DNA of 63,998 nt, the filler included, from Barthelona sp. PAP020 (Eukaryota): NCBI GenBank assembly GCA_040182905.1. It is 4 parts of 4 records of this genome, joined end to end, with 100 filler letters (N's around TTAATTAATTAA, not from the genome) between each part and the next. Parts side by side here need not be neighbours in the genome. Positions count along the whole stretch, not along the records: positions 52,243 to 63,998 come from JARQWU010000362.1; 3 more parts are not named here. The stretch is one strand, 5' to 3'. Every line of letters begins with the position of its first letter. The first letter of the stretch is position 1. The notes under the pieces were generated by a model. It saw only the letters and a program-made list of their open reading frames with translations, ran no database searches and was not told the DNA's origin. This document shows positions 62,381-63,998 of this stretch, piece by piece. The position numbers and the translations under genes were made by a program.

Positions 62381-63998
62381 ATGAAAGAAATTTTCAGCAT
62401 ATCTGACTTAATTCAAAGGAATGCATCACAAGAAGAGATTTTTAATGAAATTATGTTTGAATTTCAAATATCTGAAGAGAATATAAGGAAGAAATTGATT
62501 GATTTTGTTATTAATAATGATTATGATGAATTATTAAGTTCATTGATTGAATTAAAGTGTTCTGAAGTTCCTTTCCAAACCATCTTGTTTGATTGTTTTT
62601 GTCAACGAAAGTGGAAATGTTTATTCACTTTATTGAAATATGATTTCAATATCAATATAGATGATTTTAGACCCCAATATTTTTTTCCCTTGATGGACGA
62701 AATATTCTTTTTCTCTTCCACCTCCGACACTTTTAGACAAATCAATAAAAGTGTTATTATTGTTGAAAATCATTTGTTTTGTATTTATGACACTGAATTG
62801 ACATGTTATGACCTAATTAAGAAGGAAATAGTTGATTACACTGATTTTGGTGAAAAGGTCATATTTTTACATAGTGATGGAGTAAATCATTTTTTTTTCA
62901 CCCACACAAAGATATTCTCTTTTATTTTTGAAAGTGAAACAAAAAGTTTTATCCCAACAGAACTTTTTTCCTTGAATAATGGAGTTGATGTTGTTTATAG
63001 TTTGATTAATTGTGCTGATAATGAATATTTTATTGTTCATTTTTGTGCTGAATCAGGAGAAGAAAATTTGTTATTTCTTTTTCATAATGAGAATGGTTAT
63101 GAGAAAATTTCACTTTCTTGCTTCAACGTTCAAGACATTTCTGCAATTCAATGGTTAAAAAAAGAGGCTCTTATCATTTATCGAGAAAGACAAACCTATA
63201 GAATGAGAGTTGTTGATTTGGAGAAATACAAGTCAAATAATCTTACAAGGTGTATTGACAATACATTACTGATTGATTATGATGGTGAGAATGATTTTTC
63301 TTTTATTTTTTTGGAAGATGGGAAGCATTTTATTGCTTCAAATGAAACTAGGTTATTATTATATTCTTACACTATTGATTTTGAGACAATTAGAATTATT
63401 TTTGAGAAAATTTTTGAGTTTGATTGTGAGAGATTTGAGAACATAACGTGTTCCAAAACATCAATCAATAATGTTAATAAAGAGTTATGCTTTCTTACTG
63501 AGGCGGGAAGTTTTGTATGTGATGCAGAAGATTTTTTGAGTTTATGGGTTGTGAATGAAAAAGTTGAAAGTTTTAAAAGCATGCAGAAATGTTTGATTCA
63601 AAGTTCTGATATTTTTAATACACTTTATTTGCAAGGCGATGAATATTTGTGTCATGTTTTGAGAAATTCAATATGTTTGTTGAAGAGGGTTTCTACCTTT
63701 GAAGAATTCAAACATATGGTTAAAGCGTCTATTTCAGTATTAGATGAAGATATTACTAGAAATCACGCCCATTTAAACTGTGATAAACAGTTGTTGTATG
63801 AATTTATTGTAAAATATGAAATTATGGATGTTCAAGCAGCTGGTTTGATTAAATTTATGCAAACAGCCATACCTTTTGAGGTCAAAGCTCAAACAAAACA
63901 ACCAGAAGAAGAAGAAGAAGAAAGTGAATTTGGGCTTTATGAAAGTGAAAGTGAAGCTGATGCTAATGTTGAAGATCACGCACAACAACCAGAAGAAG
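62381..63998 (+). CDS. Hypothetical protein, 3'-truncated by window end (absent from ORF track)
   Basis: MKEIFSISDLIQRNASQEE... starts at ATG 62381; the same frame reads ...ESESEADANVEDHAQQPEE at the window end, about 539 codons. Confidence 0.75.
   Translation, partial: MKEIFSISDLIQRNASQEEIFNEIMFEFQISEENIRKKLIDFVINNDYDELLSSLIELKCSEVPFQTILFDCFCQRKWKCLFTLLKYDFNINIDDFRPQYFFPLMDEIFFFSSTSDTFRQINKSVIIVENHLFCIYDTELTCYDLIKKEIVDYTDFGEKVIFLHSDGVNHFFFTHTKIFSFIFESETKSFIPTELFSLNNGVDVVYSLINCADNEYFIVHFCAESGEENLLFLFHNENGYEKISLSCFNVQDISAIQWLKKEALIIYRERQTYRMRVVDLEKYKSNNLTRCIDNTLLIDYDGENDFSFIFLEDGKHFIASNETRLLLYSYTIDFETIRIIFEKIFEFDCERFENITCSKTSINNVNKELCFLTEAGSFVCDAEDFLSLWVVNEKVESFKSMQKCLIQSSDIFNTLYLQGDEYLCHVLRNSICLLKRVSTFEEFKHMVKASISVLDEDITRNHAHLNCDKQLLYEFIVKYEIMDVQAAGLIKFMQTAIPFEVKAQTKQPEEEEEESEFGLYESESEADANVEDHAQQPEE

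Noticed and set aside
1183..63988. Numerous 60-125-aa ORFs overlapping longer genes or in repeats
   Set aside because: Antisense or alternate-frame shadows, mostly TTG/GTG-started, with no motifs.

Overview
AT-rich, gene-dense scaffold from a eukaryotic microbe. It is a flagellated protist (CFAP210-, DNAAF6- and TTLL-type genes) using the standard genetic code, with TAA, TAG and TGA all serving as stops. Three 100-nt assembly spacers split it into four contigs. It carries about 35 mostly intronless protein genes, one tRNA-Ser(UGA), six tiny GT-AG introns all within the first ~30 codons of their genes, and two families of dispersed non-coding repeats. Best lead: an unannotated ~330-nt multi-helix, possibly pseudoknotted element at 18270-18596 whose G.U wobbles all favour a + strand RNA and whose layout recalls a telomerase RNA core (hypothesis only). 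Other leads: a multi-TM hybrid histidine-kinase-like receptor with Tyr at the phospho-His position, a 1941-aa mosaic surface protein (DUF4114-like + unnamed repeat + CBM-like + vWD), a bacterial-type DUF2589 gene, a kleisin with multiplied LPE motifs, a formin whose FH1 is made of GPPx repeats, and a WD40 gene bracketed by direct repeats. All family assignments are by motif recognition only; no searches were run.
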